The notes beneath the pieces were generated by a model. It searched no databases. It saw only the letters and a program-made list of their open reading frames with translations, and had not been told where the DNA came from. The translations under genes and the position numbers were made by a program. 58,354 nt of DNA. Origin: Vicinamibacterales bacterium. Lineage in GTDB: Bacteria > Acidobacteriota > Vicinamibacteria > Vicinamibacterales > JAMQPK01. The stretch is taken from positions 1 to 58,354 of the forward strand of contig DATBJG010000321.1 of the NCBI GenBank assembly GCA_036556585.1, in the 5' to 3' direction. This document shows, piece after piece, positions 18,389-27,017 of this stretch; the first letter of the stretch is position 1; the number at the start of each line of letters is the position of its first letter.

Positions 18389-19216
18389 GTGTCAAAGCTG
18401 CGCGGAAAAATTGCCCTTGTGACGGGAGCGAGTCGTGGCGTCGGTAGGGGCATCGCGCTCGCCTTGGGAGAGGCCGGTGCGACGGTCTACATCACGGGCC
18501 GAAGCAGCGATACCGACACCACCGAAGGGCTGCGAGGGACGATCAAGGAGACTGCGGACACGGTCACCGCGAGAGGTGGCCACGGCATTGCCGTCCGCTG
18601 CGATCACACGGCGGATGCGGAGGTCGAAGCGCTCTTCGAGCGAGTGAAACGCGAGCAGGGGCGACTCGACCTGCTCGTCAACAACGTGTGGGGAGGCTAC
18701 GAACAACAGGACTGGGCACGCTTCGGCGCCCCGTTCTGGGAGCAACCGCTCAGACTCTGGCCGAGCATGTTCGAAGCTGGTGTAAGAGCGCACCTGGTCT
18801 GCAGTCGATTGGCCGTGCCACTGATGTTTTCAGCGGGCGGGGGCTTGATCGTTTACACGACCGCGTGGGATCGCGACAAGTATCTCGGCAACTTCTTCTA
18901 CGATCTCTCAAAAGCCACCGTGAACCGGATGACATTCGGCATGGCGCGCGAACTGCGCGACCGACAGATTGCCGTGATCGCACTTGCGCCTGGGTTCGTT
19001 GGTACCGAGCGTGTGCGTGCGGCGTTCGGTTCACACCCGCTGCCCGAGAACGCAGAGTCCCCGGAGTATGCGGGACGAGCCGTCGTTGCGCTGGCAACCG
19101 ACGACAACGTCATGGCCAGATCGGGTCGTGTGCTGACCGTCGGAGAGCTGGCGAAAGAGTACGGATTCACGGACGTCGATGGTCGCCAGCCGCCACCATT
19201 CCACATGGAGAGCTAG
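18389..19216 (+). CDS. SDR family oxidoreductase
   Basis: TGASRGVGRGIA cofactor motif, NNVWG, and Y-x3-K (YDLSK). Confidence 0.9.
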   Translation: MSKLRGKIALVTGASRGVGRGIALALGEAGATVYITGRSSDTDTTEGLRGTIKETADTVTARGGHGIAVRCDHTADAEVEALFERVKREQGRLDLLVNNVWGGYEQQDWARFGAPFWEQPLRLWPSMFEAGVRAHLVCSRLAVPLMFSAGGGLIVYTTAWDRDKYLGNFFYDLSKATVNRMTFGMARELRDRQIAVIALAPGFVGTERVRAAFGSHPLPENAESPEYAGRAVVALATDDNVMARSGRVLTVGELAKEYGFTDVDGRQPPPFHMES

Positions 19217-19228
19217 ACCAGGGGCAGC

Positions 19229-19873
19229 CTACCGGCCCAGTTTTCTCACCAGGAAGGGCCACGCCGTGTCCCAGTGCATCGAGCCGAAATACTGCGCTGC
19301 TCGATCCGCGGTTTCGTATTCGTAACTCTGTGGGTCTGCGCTCCGGGGCACATGCTCTCCAAAGAGGATCTGGTGAGCGAACTCATGGACGGCAGTACGA
19401 CCGACGCCTCTTGCAATGGCTTCAACGAGCGCGGCGCGACCCGTTTCAGCTGGTGCGTAGTGGATGACCAGATCGGCTACGGCCTGAAAGCTCACAGATC
19501 CCTGGCCGCCGAGGGGTCCCAGTGGAAGAGACTGCCCGACCGGGCTGGGGGGACCTGGACGCGGCGGGTACCGCTGCACGACACGAACCCGATACGACCC
19601 TGTCGGATCTTCTGAAAAGGCCAGTCGGAGACCTGCGTACGCCGTCTGCAGCTCCTTCAAGGCTGTTGATCGAATTGTGTTCTGCTCCTCGCGGGTGATC
19701 GGGCGGTCGAGTCCGGAAACCTCGAACGTTACGTGATCGAACCAGAAACCGGCCTCGGCGACGTGCTGTTTCGAACGTCGATCGAGAACAGCGACGAGCG
19801 AAACCGTCGCCACCAGAGCCGTGGCCACGACAAGCGCTTGAACGGCGATGCCTTCCTGGCGGAGAGGGTGCAT
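19229..19873 (-). CDS. hypothetical membrane-anchored protein with HExxH motif
   Basis: Start trimmed to MHPLRQ. One TM helix and a C-terminal AVHEFAHQILFGEH motif. Confidence 0.55.
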   Translation of the reverse strand: MHPLRQEGIAVQALVVATALVATVSLVAVLDRRSKQHVAEAGFWFDHVTFEVSGLDRPITREEQNTIRSTALKELQTAYAGLRLAFSEDPTGSYRVRVVQRYPPRPGPPSPVGQSLPLGPLGGQGSVSFQAVADLVIHYAPAETGRAALVEAIARGVGRTAVHEFAHQILFGEHVPRSADPQSYEYETADRAAQYFGSMHWDTAWPFLVRKLGR

Positions 19874-19988
19874 GGACTGACGCCGCGTCGCTAATTGCGT
19901 GGCCTGCCAACCGAAGCTCTCGGACACTGAGCGCCCGCCTTCGCCAAGGCTACGGCGGGCAACCTTCGCCTGGATCGAGAGCGAAGGC

Positions 19989-20063
19989 TGGTGGGCCGCC
20001 CGGGGATCGAACCCGGGACACCGTGATTAAAAGTCACGTGCTCTACCACTGAGCTAGCGGCCC
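19989..20063 (-). tRNA. tRNA-Lys (anticodon UUU), CCA encoded
   Basis: Reverse complement folds as a cloverleaf: acceptor GGGCCGC, D-arm GCTCAGTGGTAGAGC, anticodon loop CTTTTAA, T-arm CCGGGTTCGATCCCCGG, 3' ACCA. Confidence 0.92.
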
Positions 20064-20168
20064 TTAGTGCTCAGGCCCGAGTAGTTTAGCGGTTCTTGCC
20101 GAATCCTGCGAGGCGGGTGTGACCATCGTGTCATATAGGGGTTGGGTGTCTTGCCGATAAGCCTGCTG

Positions 20169-20564
20169 ATGACGATTGCCGGGCGCAGACGCGTGCTCCT
20201 GGTCGAGGATGACGCCTCGGTCAGACGGCCCCTTCAGAAGTTTCTTGAAATTCACCACTTCCACGTTGGCACCGCTGAAACCGCCGATGAAGCGCTCGAT
20301 GCAATTCGACAGTTCAGACCGGCGGCGGCAGTCGTGGATCTACGGCTGGCACGAGGCAGCGGGCGAGACGTGATCGTCTCGATGCCGCCAGAGGTGCCGG
20401 TCATCATTTTCTCGGGGCTTCCTACCGAATCGTGCGAGCTCGAGACGATCCGCCCGCGAACGCGCCTGATCGTCAAGCCTTTCTCGCTCGTGCTGCTTGT
20501 CGAAGCGCTGGAAGAAATGTTGGGGCAATCTGCGGTGGGTCCCGGCGTCGGCAGCCCTCAGTAA
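20169..20564 (+). CDS. single-domain response regulator (CheY-like receiver)
   Basis: RVLLVEDD...AAVVDLRL...VKPF. The track ORF starts at TTG 20142; the internal ATG 20169 (MTIAGRRRVLLVEDD) seems more likely. Confidence 0.75.
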   Translation: MTIAGRRRVLLVEDDASVRRPLQKFLEIHHFHVGTAETADEALDAIRQFRPAAAVVDLRLARGSGRDVIVSMPPEVPVIIFSGLPTESCELETIRPRTRLIVKPFSLVLLVEALEEMLGQSAVGPGVGSPQ

Positions 20565-20569
20565 GTTCT

Positions 20570-21517
20570 CTACAAAATCTTCATCCCGAGCGCCGAAAGT
20601 GCGAGCTCCGTCGCGACCTGGGCGGTCTGGTTGCGGACATCGAGCGTGGGGTTCACCTCGACAATGTCGAGCGAGGTCAGCCTGCCGGAGTCGGCAATGA
20701 TCTCCATGATGAGGCGTGCCTCTCGATAGTTGAGGCCCCCGTTGACCGGCGTTCCCACGCCGGGGGCAATCGAGGGATCGCACACGTCCATATCGAACGA
20801 CACGTGCAGGCCTCCGGTCTCGCGTGAGGCCAGAATCACCGCTGTTGCCGCAACCGTGGCAATGCCCATTCGATCGATATCGTTCATCGTAAACACGTGA
20901 ACTTTCGAATCGCGCACGAGCACACGTTCGCGATCGTCGAGGTTACGGACACCGACGAGCACCGTATGTTCCGGCCGTACCTTTGGAGAAAAGCCGCCAA
21001 TACCTGCGAGTTCGGCGGGCTCGGATCCGAGCAGGGCGGCCAGCGGCATGCCGTGCACGTTGCCGCTTGGCGTGCTGCCGGGCGTGTTCATGTCGCCGTG
21101 GGCGTCAATCCAGATGAGTCCGAGAGGTTGATCCTTGCGCCGTGCCTGATCGGAGGCCGCCGCCACCGAACCGGCCCCGAGGCTATGATCTCCGCCCATC
21201 ACGAGGGGCAGCCCTCCGGCTTCGAACGTGGCGAGCGACATCTGGTACAACTTCAGGCAGACGCGCGCAATTTCTCGTGCGTACTTCTTGTTTCTGTCGC
21301 CGACGCCTTTGAGTTCGCGATTGGGGGCGGGGAGGTCCCCCTTATCGACAACCGTATGTCCGAGTGCGGCGATGCGTTCAGCAAGCCCGGCCACTCTGAG
21401 AGCGGATGGCCCCATATCCACACCGCGCCTTCCGCCACCAAGATCGAGCGGCACGCCTATCAGATGGATGGGCACCTCGCGGCGCTGGATGCCACCAAAG
21501 ACTGGATCTGTACTCAC
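20570..21517 (-). CDS. arginase/ureohydrolase family enzyme
   Basis: GGDHS, DAHGDMNTP and SFDMDVCDP manganese-ligand motifs. Start trimmed to a GTG just downstream of the upstream stop. Confidence 0.9.
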   Translation of the reverse strand: MSTDPVFGGIQRREVPIHLIGVPLDLGGGRRGVDMGPSALRVAGLAERIAALGHTVVDKGDLPAPNRELKGVGDRNKKYAREIARVCLKLYQMSLATFEAGGLPLVMGGDHSLGAGSVAAASDQARRKDQPLGLIWIDAHGDMNTPGSTPSGNVHGMPLAALLGSEPAELAGIGGFSPKVRPEHTVLVGVRNLDDRERVLVRDSKVHVFTMNDIDRMGIATVAATAVILASRETGGLHVSFDMDVCDPSIAPGVGTPVNGGLNYREARLIMEIIADSGRLTSLDIVEVNPTLDVRNQTAQVATELALSALGMKIL

Positions 21518-21525
21518 CTTGTGAA

Positions 21526-22155
21526 TCAGCGTCGCCGAAACGAGACGGACATACCTTCTCCAGACGGCGACACGATGGTCGTCAGGAGATCGGGATGCCG
21601 CTGGATGGTCGTCAGAAAATCGCCCATCTCGTCGCGTTTGTTGACCACGTTGTGGGCGAGAAACAAGGCGCCGCGCGTGAGCTTGGGATATACGAGGTCG
21701 AAGTACTTCTGGTAGTCGCGCTTCCACGCATCCACGAACGCAAAGTCGAATGGTCCCGGCTGCTTGGGAATCTCTCTGAGGGCATCACCGGTCACGACCT
21801 GCACGATATCTGACAGGCCGGCCTTCTTGATGTTCTGCACGGCTTCGGCTGCGCGCGCCTTGTCGTACTCCAGCGTGAGCAGGCGGCCGCCCGTTTCACG
21901 CAGCCCGAGACCGATCCAGATGGCGCTATAGCCGCTGGCCGTGCCAATCTCGAGGGCGCGTTGCGTTCCCTTCGACGTGACCAGCAGGCGCAGGAACCGG
22001 CCGTCTTCTTCGGAGACCGCCAGTTGACCTGTGTCCGCAACGCGAATCGCACGCAGCACCGTGTCAACCTGCGAAGACCCGGTCTGCGCCCAGGCAACGC
22101 CATTGTGACCACAAAACGCAAAGAGCAGAAGAAGGAGAAGGCTCTGGCGCATCAA
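21526..22155 (-). CDS. class I SAM-dependent O-methyltransferase (family 3, caffeoyl-CoA OMT-like) with N-terminal signal peptide
   Basis: MMRQSLLLLLLFAFCGHNGVAWAQ, then ALEIGTASGYSAIW...FDFAFVDAWKRDY. Confidence 0.85.
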   Translation of the reverse strand: MMRQSLLLLLLFAFCGHNGVAWAQTGSSQVDTVLRAIRVADTGQLAVSEEDGRFLRLLVTSKGTQRALEIGTASGYSAIWIGLGLRETGGRLLTLEYDKARAAEAVQNIKKAGLSDIVQVVTGDALREIPKQPGPFDFAFVDAWKRDYQKYFDLVYPKLTRGALFLAHNVVNKRDEMGDFLTTIQRHPDLLTTIVSPSGEGMSVSFRRR

Positions 22156-22173
22156 AGTAAGAATACCGGAGTC

Positions 22174-22278
22174 GGAAGACAGAAGACAGAAGATAGAAGA
22201 CGGAAGACGGAATCAGACGAATAGAGACAGAATGAGAAGATCATTCTGTCTTCCGTCTTCTATCTTCTGTCTTCCGTC
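22174..22278. repeat. inverted pair of GAAGACR heptamer arrays forming a hairpin (perfect 27-bp stem 22182-22208 / 22248-22274)
   Basis: Verified base by base: gaagacagaagatagaagacggaagac versus gtcttccgtcttctatcttctgtcttc. The right arm encodes the last codons and the stop of hemY. Confidence 0.9.
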
Positions 22279-23675
22279 GAGCGAAGCTCATTAGCGACCG
22301 CTCGTGCAGTTGTGCGGCCGTCGGCAATGCAGTCGGGAATCCCAACCCCACGGAGCCCTGTGCCGGTGATGAACAGTCTCGGCCACTGTGCCAGGCGCCG
22401 ATCGATCTCCGCCATCCGCTTCACGTGTCCTACCTCCTGTTGCGGGCTGGCGCGATGCCAGCGATAGACCCGGGCGAGGGACGGGCGGGCGTGGATGCGA
22501 AGAATCGCGCCGAGATCACGTTCGGCCGCTGACACGAGCTCTGCATCACTTCGTTCCACCGCTTGTGGATCGCGTGCGCCGCCAAGAAACGCACGCAGCA
22601 ACACTTGGCCTTCTGGCGCACGCTTCGGCCATTTTGACGAGACCCAGGTGCCAGCCGTAATCGTCAGGCCTTCGCGACGTGGGACGACAAATCCGGTTCC
22701 GTGCAATGGATGGCCAACAGCGGCGGCTGGATAAGCGAGAAACACCGTCGCAGTGGACCAGTACGGAATACCGCAACACATTCTTGCCAGTTCCTCGTCG
22801 AAAGGCTGAACCAGCGAGGCCGTTGCCCACGCCGGCAGGGCCAGCACGACGGCTCGAGCTTCGATCACACCATGTTGATCCTGGTAAACGCGCGTCCATT
22901 CTCCAGGCTCGATCCGTTGTACCAATCCGCCGCAACGGAGACTTCCTTCCGGCAGGCTCGAGATGACTGCGTCAACCAGTTCGCCCAATCCACCTGGCAA
23001 GGAGCGGAAGACACCGTCACCTCCACTTTTTGCAGATCTCGTGGCAAAGGCGCGGATGATGCTCCCGGTTGTGGCCTCTGCCTCGACAAGACGCGGAAAC
23101 GATGCGCCGATGGACAGGTGATCCACGTCACCAGCATGAATGCCGGCAAGGAGTGGTTCGGCGATGTAGTCAACCGCCTCGCGACCGAAATGCCGCTGCA
23201 CGAACGACGCGATTGATTCGTCCTCTCCCGATTGTCGCGGTCGCGAGAACACCTCGCTCGCCATTCGGAGCTTGGCAGACGGGCTGAACAGGCTGGATGT
23301 GACGAGCGGCCAAAGGCGCGTGGGGAAGCCGAGGATCGAAGCCTCGGGAATCGCGTGCAGGGCGCCGCCCCGATACACAAATGCCGTTCGCGGTACTTGC
23401 GTGGCTACCAGACGATCCGAGATCCCCAGCTCGTGGCAGAGTTCTGGGGCAGCCGGTTTTTGCACGAGGAGCGAATCGGGGCCGGCATCGACGAGAAATC
23501 CGTCATGGTGCTCCGTCACGATGACGCCGCCTGGTCGCGGCCGTTTTTCGAGAATCCGGAAGGTCAGGCCTCGAAGCTGGAGCTCATACGCGGCGGATAA
23601 GCCAGAGATGCCCCCGCCAACGATGGCGACATCAACGCGATGAGGCGGGTTGTCACTGGCGGGCTCGGCCATCAT
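22260..23675 (-). CDS. hemY: protoporphyrinogen/coproporphyrinogen III oxidase (HemY/CgoX type, FAD-dependent)
   Basis: VAIVGGGISGLSAAYEL FAD motif and PPOX-like length. ATGA overlap with hemH. Confidence 0.9.
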   Translation of the reverse strand: MMAEPASDNPPHRVDVAIVGGGISGLSAAYELQLRGLTFRILEKRPRPGGVIVTEHHDGFLVDAGPDSLLVQKPAAPELCHELGISDRLVATQVPRTAFVYRGGALHAIPEASILGFPTRLWPLVTSSLFSPSAKLRMASEVFSRPRQSGEDESIASFVQRHFGREAVDYIAEPLLAGIHAGDVDHLSIGASFPRLVEAEATTGSIIRAFATRSAKSGGDGVFRSLPGGLGELVDAVISSLPEGSLRCGGLVQRIEPGEWTRVYQDQHGVIEARAVVLALPAWATASLVQPFDEELARMCCGIPYWSTATVFLAYPAAAVGHPLHGTGFVVPRREGLTITAGTWVSSKWPKRAPEGQVLLRAFLGGARDPQAVERSDAELVSAAERDLGAILRIHARPSLARVYRWHRASPQQEVGHVKRMAEIDRRLAQWPRLFITGTGLRGVGIPDCIADGRTTARAVANELRSTEDRR

Positions 23676-24562
23676 GCGCGTGCCAGTTCGCGCGCCACGA
23701 GGTCTCCGAGCATCCGAATGAACGTCGGAGCCGTATTGAGGGACGTCGTCCGTCGGAGGGATACGCCGAGATCCCTGGCGACGCCGGCGGCCTGCACATC
23801 GATGTCAAAGAGAATTTCCGTGTGGTCGCACACGAATCCAATCGGGACGACCAGGAACTTGGAAACTCCCTCGACGATGCGCTCGCGAATGAAATCGGAC
23901 AGATCGGGAGCCAGCCACGGTTCAGCTGTGCGACCGGCGCTCTGCCAGGCTTGCTGGTAGTGCTTGAACCCGCACATGCGGGCGATAGCCGCAGCGGTGG
24001 CGGCAACTTCATTCGGGTAGGGGTCACCAGCATCGACCACACGAGTTGGGAGACTGTGAGCCGTGAACACGATCTCTTCGTCTGGTTGTGGCGCTGCCTC
24101 GCGCAGTCGCCCGGCAAACGCCTCGACGAGCGAGGGGTGATCATGAAACGACCGGATGCAGACAAACGCCATACCCGCTGGCAGCGCGGCCTCCGCCGCA
24201 GCCACGTACTTCTGGACGCTCAGCGACGAGAACTGCGGCGCGAGCGGAATGCCTACAACCTGCGTGACGCCGGCTTCGGCGAGCGTCTGGACGGCATCGG
24301 CAATGAACGGCTTCCAGTTACGCATGCCGACGACGACGAGCGACGGAATGCCGTTGTTGTCGAGCAGTTCTTGAAGTGCGCGACCCTGAGCGCGCGTGAT
24401 CTCTGTCAGCGGCGAACGCCCGCCAATGGCGGAGTAGTTGTGCCGCATTTCCTCGACCAGCTCTGCGCTGGGCGCGCGGCCACCCCGGACCAGCTGAAGA
24501 TACTCCGGCATCTCGTCCAGCGATTCCGGAGTGCCGTGGGCCATGAGGAGAACACCGATCAT
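23672..24562 (-). CDS. hemH: ferrochelatase
   Basis: MIGVLLMAHGTPESL..., ...LVVPIGFVCDHTEILFDID. Start trimmed to MIGVLL. Confidence 0.9.
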   Translation of the reverse strand: MIGVLLMAHGTPESLDEMPEYLQLVRGGRAPSAELVEEMRHNYSAIGGRSPLTEITRAQGRALQELLDNNGIPSLVVVGMRNWKPFIADAVQTLAEAGVTQVVGIPLAPQFSSLSVQKYVAAAEAALPAGMAFVCIRSFHDHPSLVEAFAGRLREAAPQPDEEIVFTAHSLPTRVVDAGDPYPNEVAATAAAIARMCGFKHYQQAWQSAGRTAEPWLAPDLSDFIRERIVEGVSKFLVVPIGFVCDHTEILFDIDVQAAGVARDLGVSLRRTTSLNTAPTFIRMLGDLVARELARA

Positions 24563-24565
24563 AAA

Positions 24566-24612
24566 AAAAGAATATAGAAGATAGACGTCAGAAGACTCCG
24601 TCTTTATCTCTC
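24566..24612. repeat. degenerate GAAGA-type heptamer array between hemE and hemH
   Basis: aagaata tagaaga tagacgt cagaaga ctccgtc tttatct. Shares the 14-mer aagaatatagaaga with 43727-43740. Confidence 0.7.
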
Positions 24613-24614
24613 CA

Positions 24615-25649
24615 TCACCGGATCCTATGCTCCTTGATGTAACGGGCAAGCGTTTGGACCTGCTCGACACTCGTGGGAGGCAGGATGCCGTGACCCAGAT
24701 TGAAAATATGACCGGGGCGGCCGGCGGCTCGTTCGAGTACGGCGTCGGCGCCCTTCAGCATGCGCTCCATGGGCGCGAGCAGAAGCGTCGGATCCAGATT
24801 GCCTTGAATCCCGCGGTCGTACCCAATTTGCTCCCAGGCATCATCGAGCGGAATACGCCAGTCGGCACCAATGACATCACCGCCCGCCTCGCGCATGTCC
24901 TTCAAGATTGATGCGGTGCCCGTGCCGAAATGAATGGTCGGCACGCCAAGGCCTTTGAGTCCCTGGAAGATTCGCTGCGTGTGGGGCATTGCAAATTCCC
25001 GGTAGTCCGCGGAGCTCAATGCTCCGACCCAGGAATCAAACACCTGCACGGCCTGCACGCCGGCCTCGATCTGTGCGCGCAGGAAATCTGTTACCACGGT
25101 CGCAAACTTCGAGCAGAGCCGGTGCCACGCCGCTGGATTCGAGTACATCAAGTGTTTGGTGATGGAAAAATTGGATGAGTGCCCGCCTTCGATTGCGTAT
25201 GAGGCCAAGGTAAACGGTGCACCCGCAAACCCAATCAGCGGTACTCGACCCGCGAGCTCGCTCCGCACAAGCCGGATCGTCGTCAACACGTGCGCAAGGG
25301 CTTCGCGAGGATCGAAGACGACCAACCGATCGATGTCGGCTTCGCTGCGGACAGGTGTATCGATTGCGGGACCTTCACCACGGACAAAATCGAATGGCAG
25401 CCCCATCGGTTCGAGCGGCAGCAACAGGTCCGAGAAGAGAATGGCCGCATCCACGTCGAGCCGCCGGATTGGCTGCAGGGTCACTGTTACGGCCAAGTCC
25501 GGCGTGCGGCAGATGTCGAGCAGCGAGTGACGCTCGCGGAGTGCCCGGTATTCGGGCATGTACCGCCCGGCCTGTCGCATGAACCAGACGGGTGTGGTCG
25601 GGACCGGCTCGCGCCGGCAGGCGCGAAGGAAAATGGAATCGGGGACCAA
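24615..25649 (-). CDS. hemE: uroporphyrinogen decarboxylase
   Basis: FLRACRREPVPTTPVWFMRQAGRYMPEYR signature. TTG start. Confidence 0.92.
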   Translation of the reverse strand: MVPDSIFLRACRREPVPTTPVWFMRQAGRYMPEYRALRERHSLLDICRTPDLAVTVTLQPIRRLDVDAAILFSDLLLPLEPMGLPFDFVRGEGPAIDTPVRSEADIDRLVVFDPREALAHVLTTIRLVRSELAGRVPLIGFAGAPFTLASYAIEGGHSSNFSITKHLMYSNPAAWHRLCSKFATVVTDFLRAQIEAGVQAVQVFDSWVGALSSADYREFAMPHTQRIFQGLKGLGVPTIHFGTGTASILKDMREAGGDVIGADWRIPLDDAWEQIGYDRGIQGNLDPTLLLAPMERMLKGADAVLERAAGRPGHIFNLGHGILPPTSVEQVQTLARYIKEHRIR

Positions 25650-25653
25650 GGTA

Positions 25654-25716
25654 GTCGTCAGTCGTCAGTCGTCAGTCGTCAGTCGTCAGTCGACAGTCGT
25701 CAGTCGACAGTCGTCA
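25654..25716. repeat. heptanucleotide tandem array, 9 units GTCGTCA/GTCGACA
   Basis: Read directly. Begins 5 nt upstream of the hemE start codon (on the opposite-strand reading). Confidence 0.9.
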
Positions 25717-25790
25717 AGCGTCCAGACGTTCATCTGCACCTATCGTACTATGAGCGTGGAGATTGAGGGCTGGTAGGGCGGATCCTATTA

Positions 25791-26231
25791 CTACGGCTTG
25801 AGGAGATTGCGCGCGAGGGCGAGCAGATCCTCCAGCCAGAGGGGCTTGAAGCGAAGATCGGCGCCCAGCTCGCGCAGTTCGTTTGATACCTGCTGATCGA
25901 GAAAGTAATCGCCGGTCACGATGGCCACGGGCACTGCCTGAAGACCAGGCTTCGTCCGAAGGATGCGCAGGAACTGCAATCCATCGGTCAACGGCATCCG
26001 GAGGTCGAGGATAATCGCGTTCGGAGACGCGTGCTCAGCTTGAGAAAGACCCGCCTCCGCAGAAAGAGCCGTCACCACGTTATAGCCCTCGAGCCGCAGC
26101 ATCCGCTCGAACGTTTCGGTGACGCTCGGATCGTCATCGACAATCAGGATGGTGCGTGTTGCCGTTGGTGTGGAGATGGCCGTGGCCACGGGACTATTGT
26201 GCGAGGTCATGATTTGTGGGTCAAGCGCCAC
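25791..26231 (-). CDS. single-domain response regulator (CheY-like receiver)
   Basis: ILIVDDD...AIILDLRMPLTDG...FKP. GTG start, or an ATG 21 nt downstream. Confidence 0.8.
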   Translation of the reverse strand: MALDPQIMTSHNSPVATAISTPTATRTILIVDDDPSVTETFERMLRLEGYNVVTALSAEAGLSQAEHASPNAIILDLRMPLTDGLQFLRILRTKPGLQAVPVAIVTGDYFLDQQVSNELRELGADLRFKPLWLEDLLALARNLLKP

Positions 26232-26464
26232 CCTTCGGCGCGTTCCTGACCAGGTTCACCTGCCGGGTCAGCTCATGCGTACTTATCGGCGCGAGCGGTG
26301 CCGGCATTACCTGGGTGGCGGGGCGTTCTTGGCACCCTGACACTTTGCCCAGACTGACCAATTGGGTGGTATCGTGCGCCGATTGTGCACAGAATTTCTC
26401 CGAACTGGTGTTCGTGTTAGACTTACGAGTTTGATCGAGGGTTCAGCACGCCCTGGGAGGCCGT

Positions 26465-27010
26465 GTGAGTCCAATCCTGGTGCGGCCCGTCCGCGAGCAG
26501 CTAGAGCACGATCGCGTTATCCGCTTGCTGCAGACGCGTTTCCGCCGCCGTTATGAGGTCGGCATCAACCCGGGTCAGGAGCAAAATGCCGCCGTCGGGA
26601 CCGGCCCCTCTGCGAACTACCCCGACGTCGTCCTGCTGGCGTCAGACCGGGGGCGACGGTTACAGGGGGTCATTGAGGTCGAGACGTCCGAGTCGGTCAA
26701 CAATCTGGAAGCAATGGCCCAGTGGGCCCGGTTGGCAAAACTGCGCGCTCCCTTTCATCTGTATGTTCCGGCCTCGGCGGTCGACGTCGCGCGGCGGCTG
26801 TGCACCGACCACCAGATTGCGGTGGCCGAGGTCGTGAGCTATCACAGCATCGGTGACCAGCTGCGGTTTACCACGGTGTACCGTGCGCCAGCGGAACCGC
26901 GACGCGCGTCCGTCCGCGTTACTGCCTCACGTCGTCTGGACGCTCCTCGACCGAAAGCCGGTGCCAAACGACCCGTGCGCAAGCCTGCACGACCGTCACG
27001 ACGAAAGTAG
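26465..27010 (+). CDS. hypothetical protein, possible PD-(D/E)xK-like core plus Arg/Lys-rich tail
   Basis: GGGAGG RBS and a GTG start. YPDVVLL...VIEVETSES resembles a restriction-endonuclease-like motif without the Lys. Basic C-terminus. Confidence 0.6.
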   Translation: MSPILVRPVREQLEHDRVIRLLQTRFRRRYEVGINPGQEQNAAVGTGPSANYPDVVLLASDRGRRLQGVIEVETSESVNNLEAMAQWARLAKLRAPFHLYVPASAVDVARRLCTDHQIAVAEVVSYHSIGDQLRFTTVYRAPAEPRRASVRVTASRRLDAPRPKAGAKRPVRKPARPSRRK

Positions 27011-27017
27011 AAACCGA

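Noticed and set aside
19928-20141. tRNA-Lys as a possible integration site for a genomic island.
   Set aside because: No integrase, no duplicated tRNA 3' segment seen nearby, and the flanking genes are ordinary high-GC chromosomal genes.
26330-26348. Sigma-54-like promoter TGGCAC...TTTGC upstream of 26465.
   Set aside because: The spacing between TGGCAC and TTGC is 9 nt, not the canonical 5, so the GG and GC elements are out of register.
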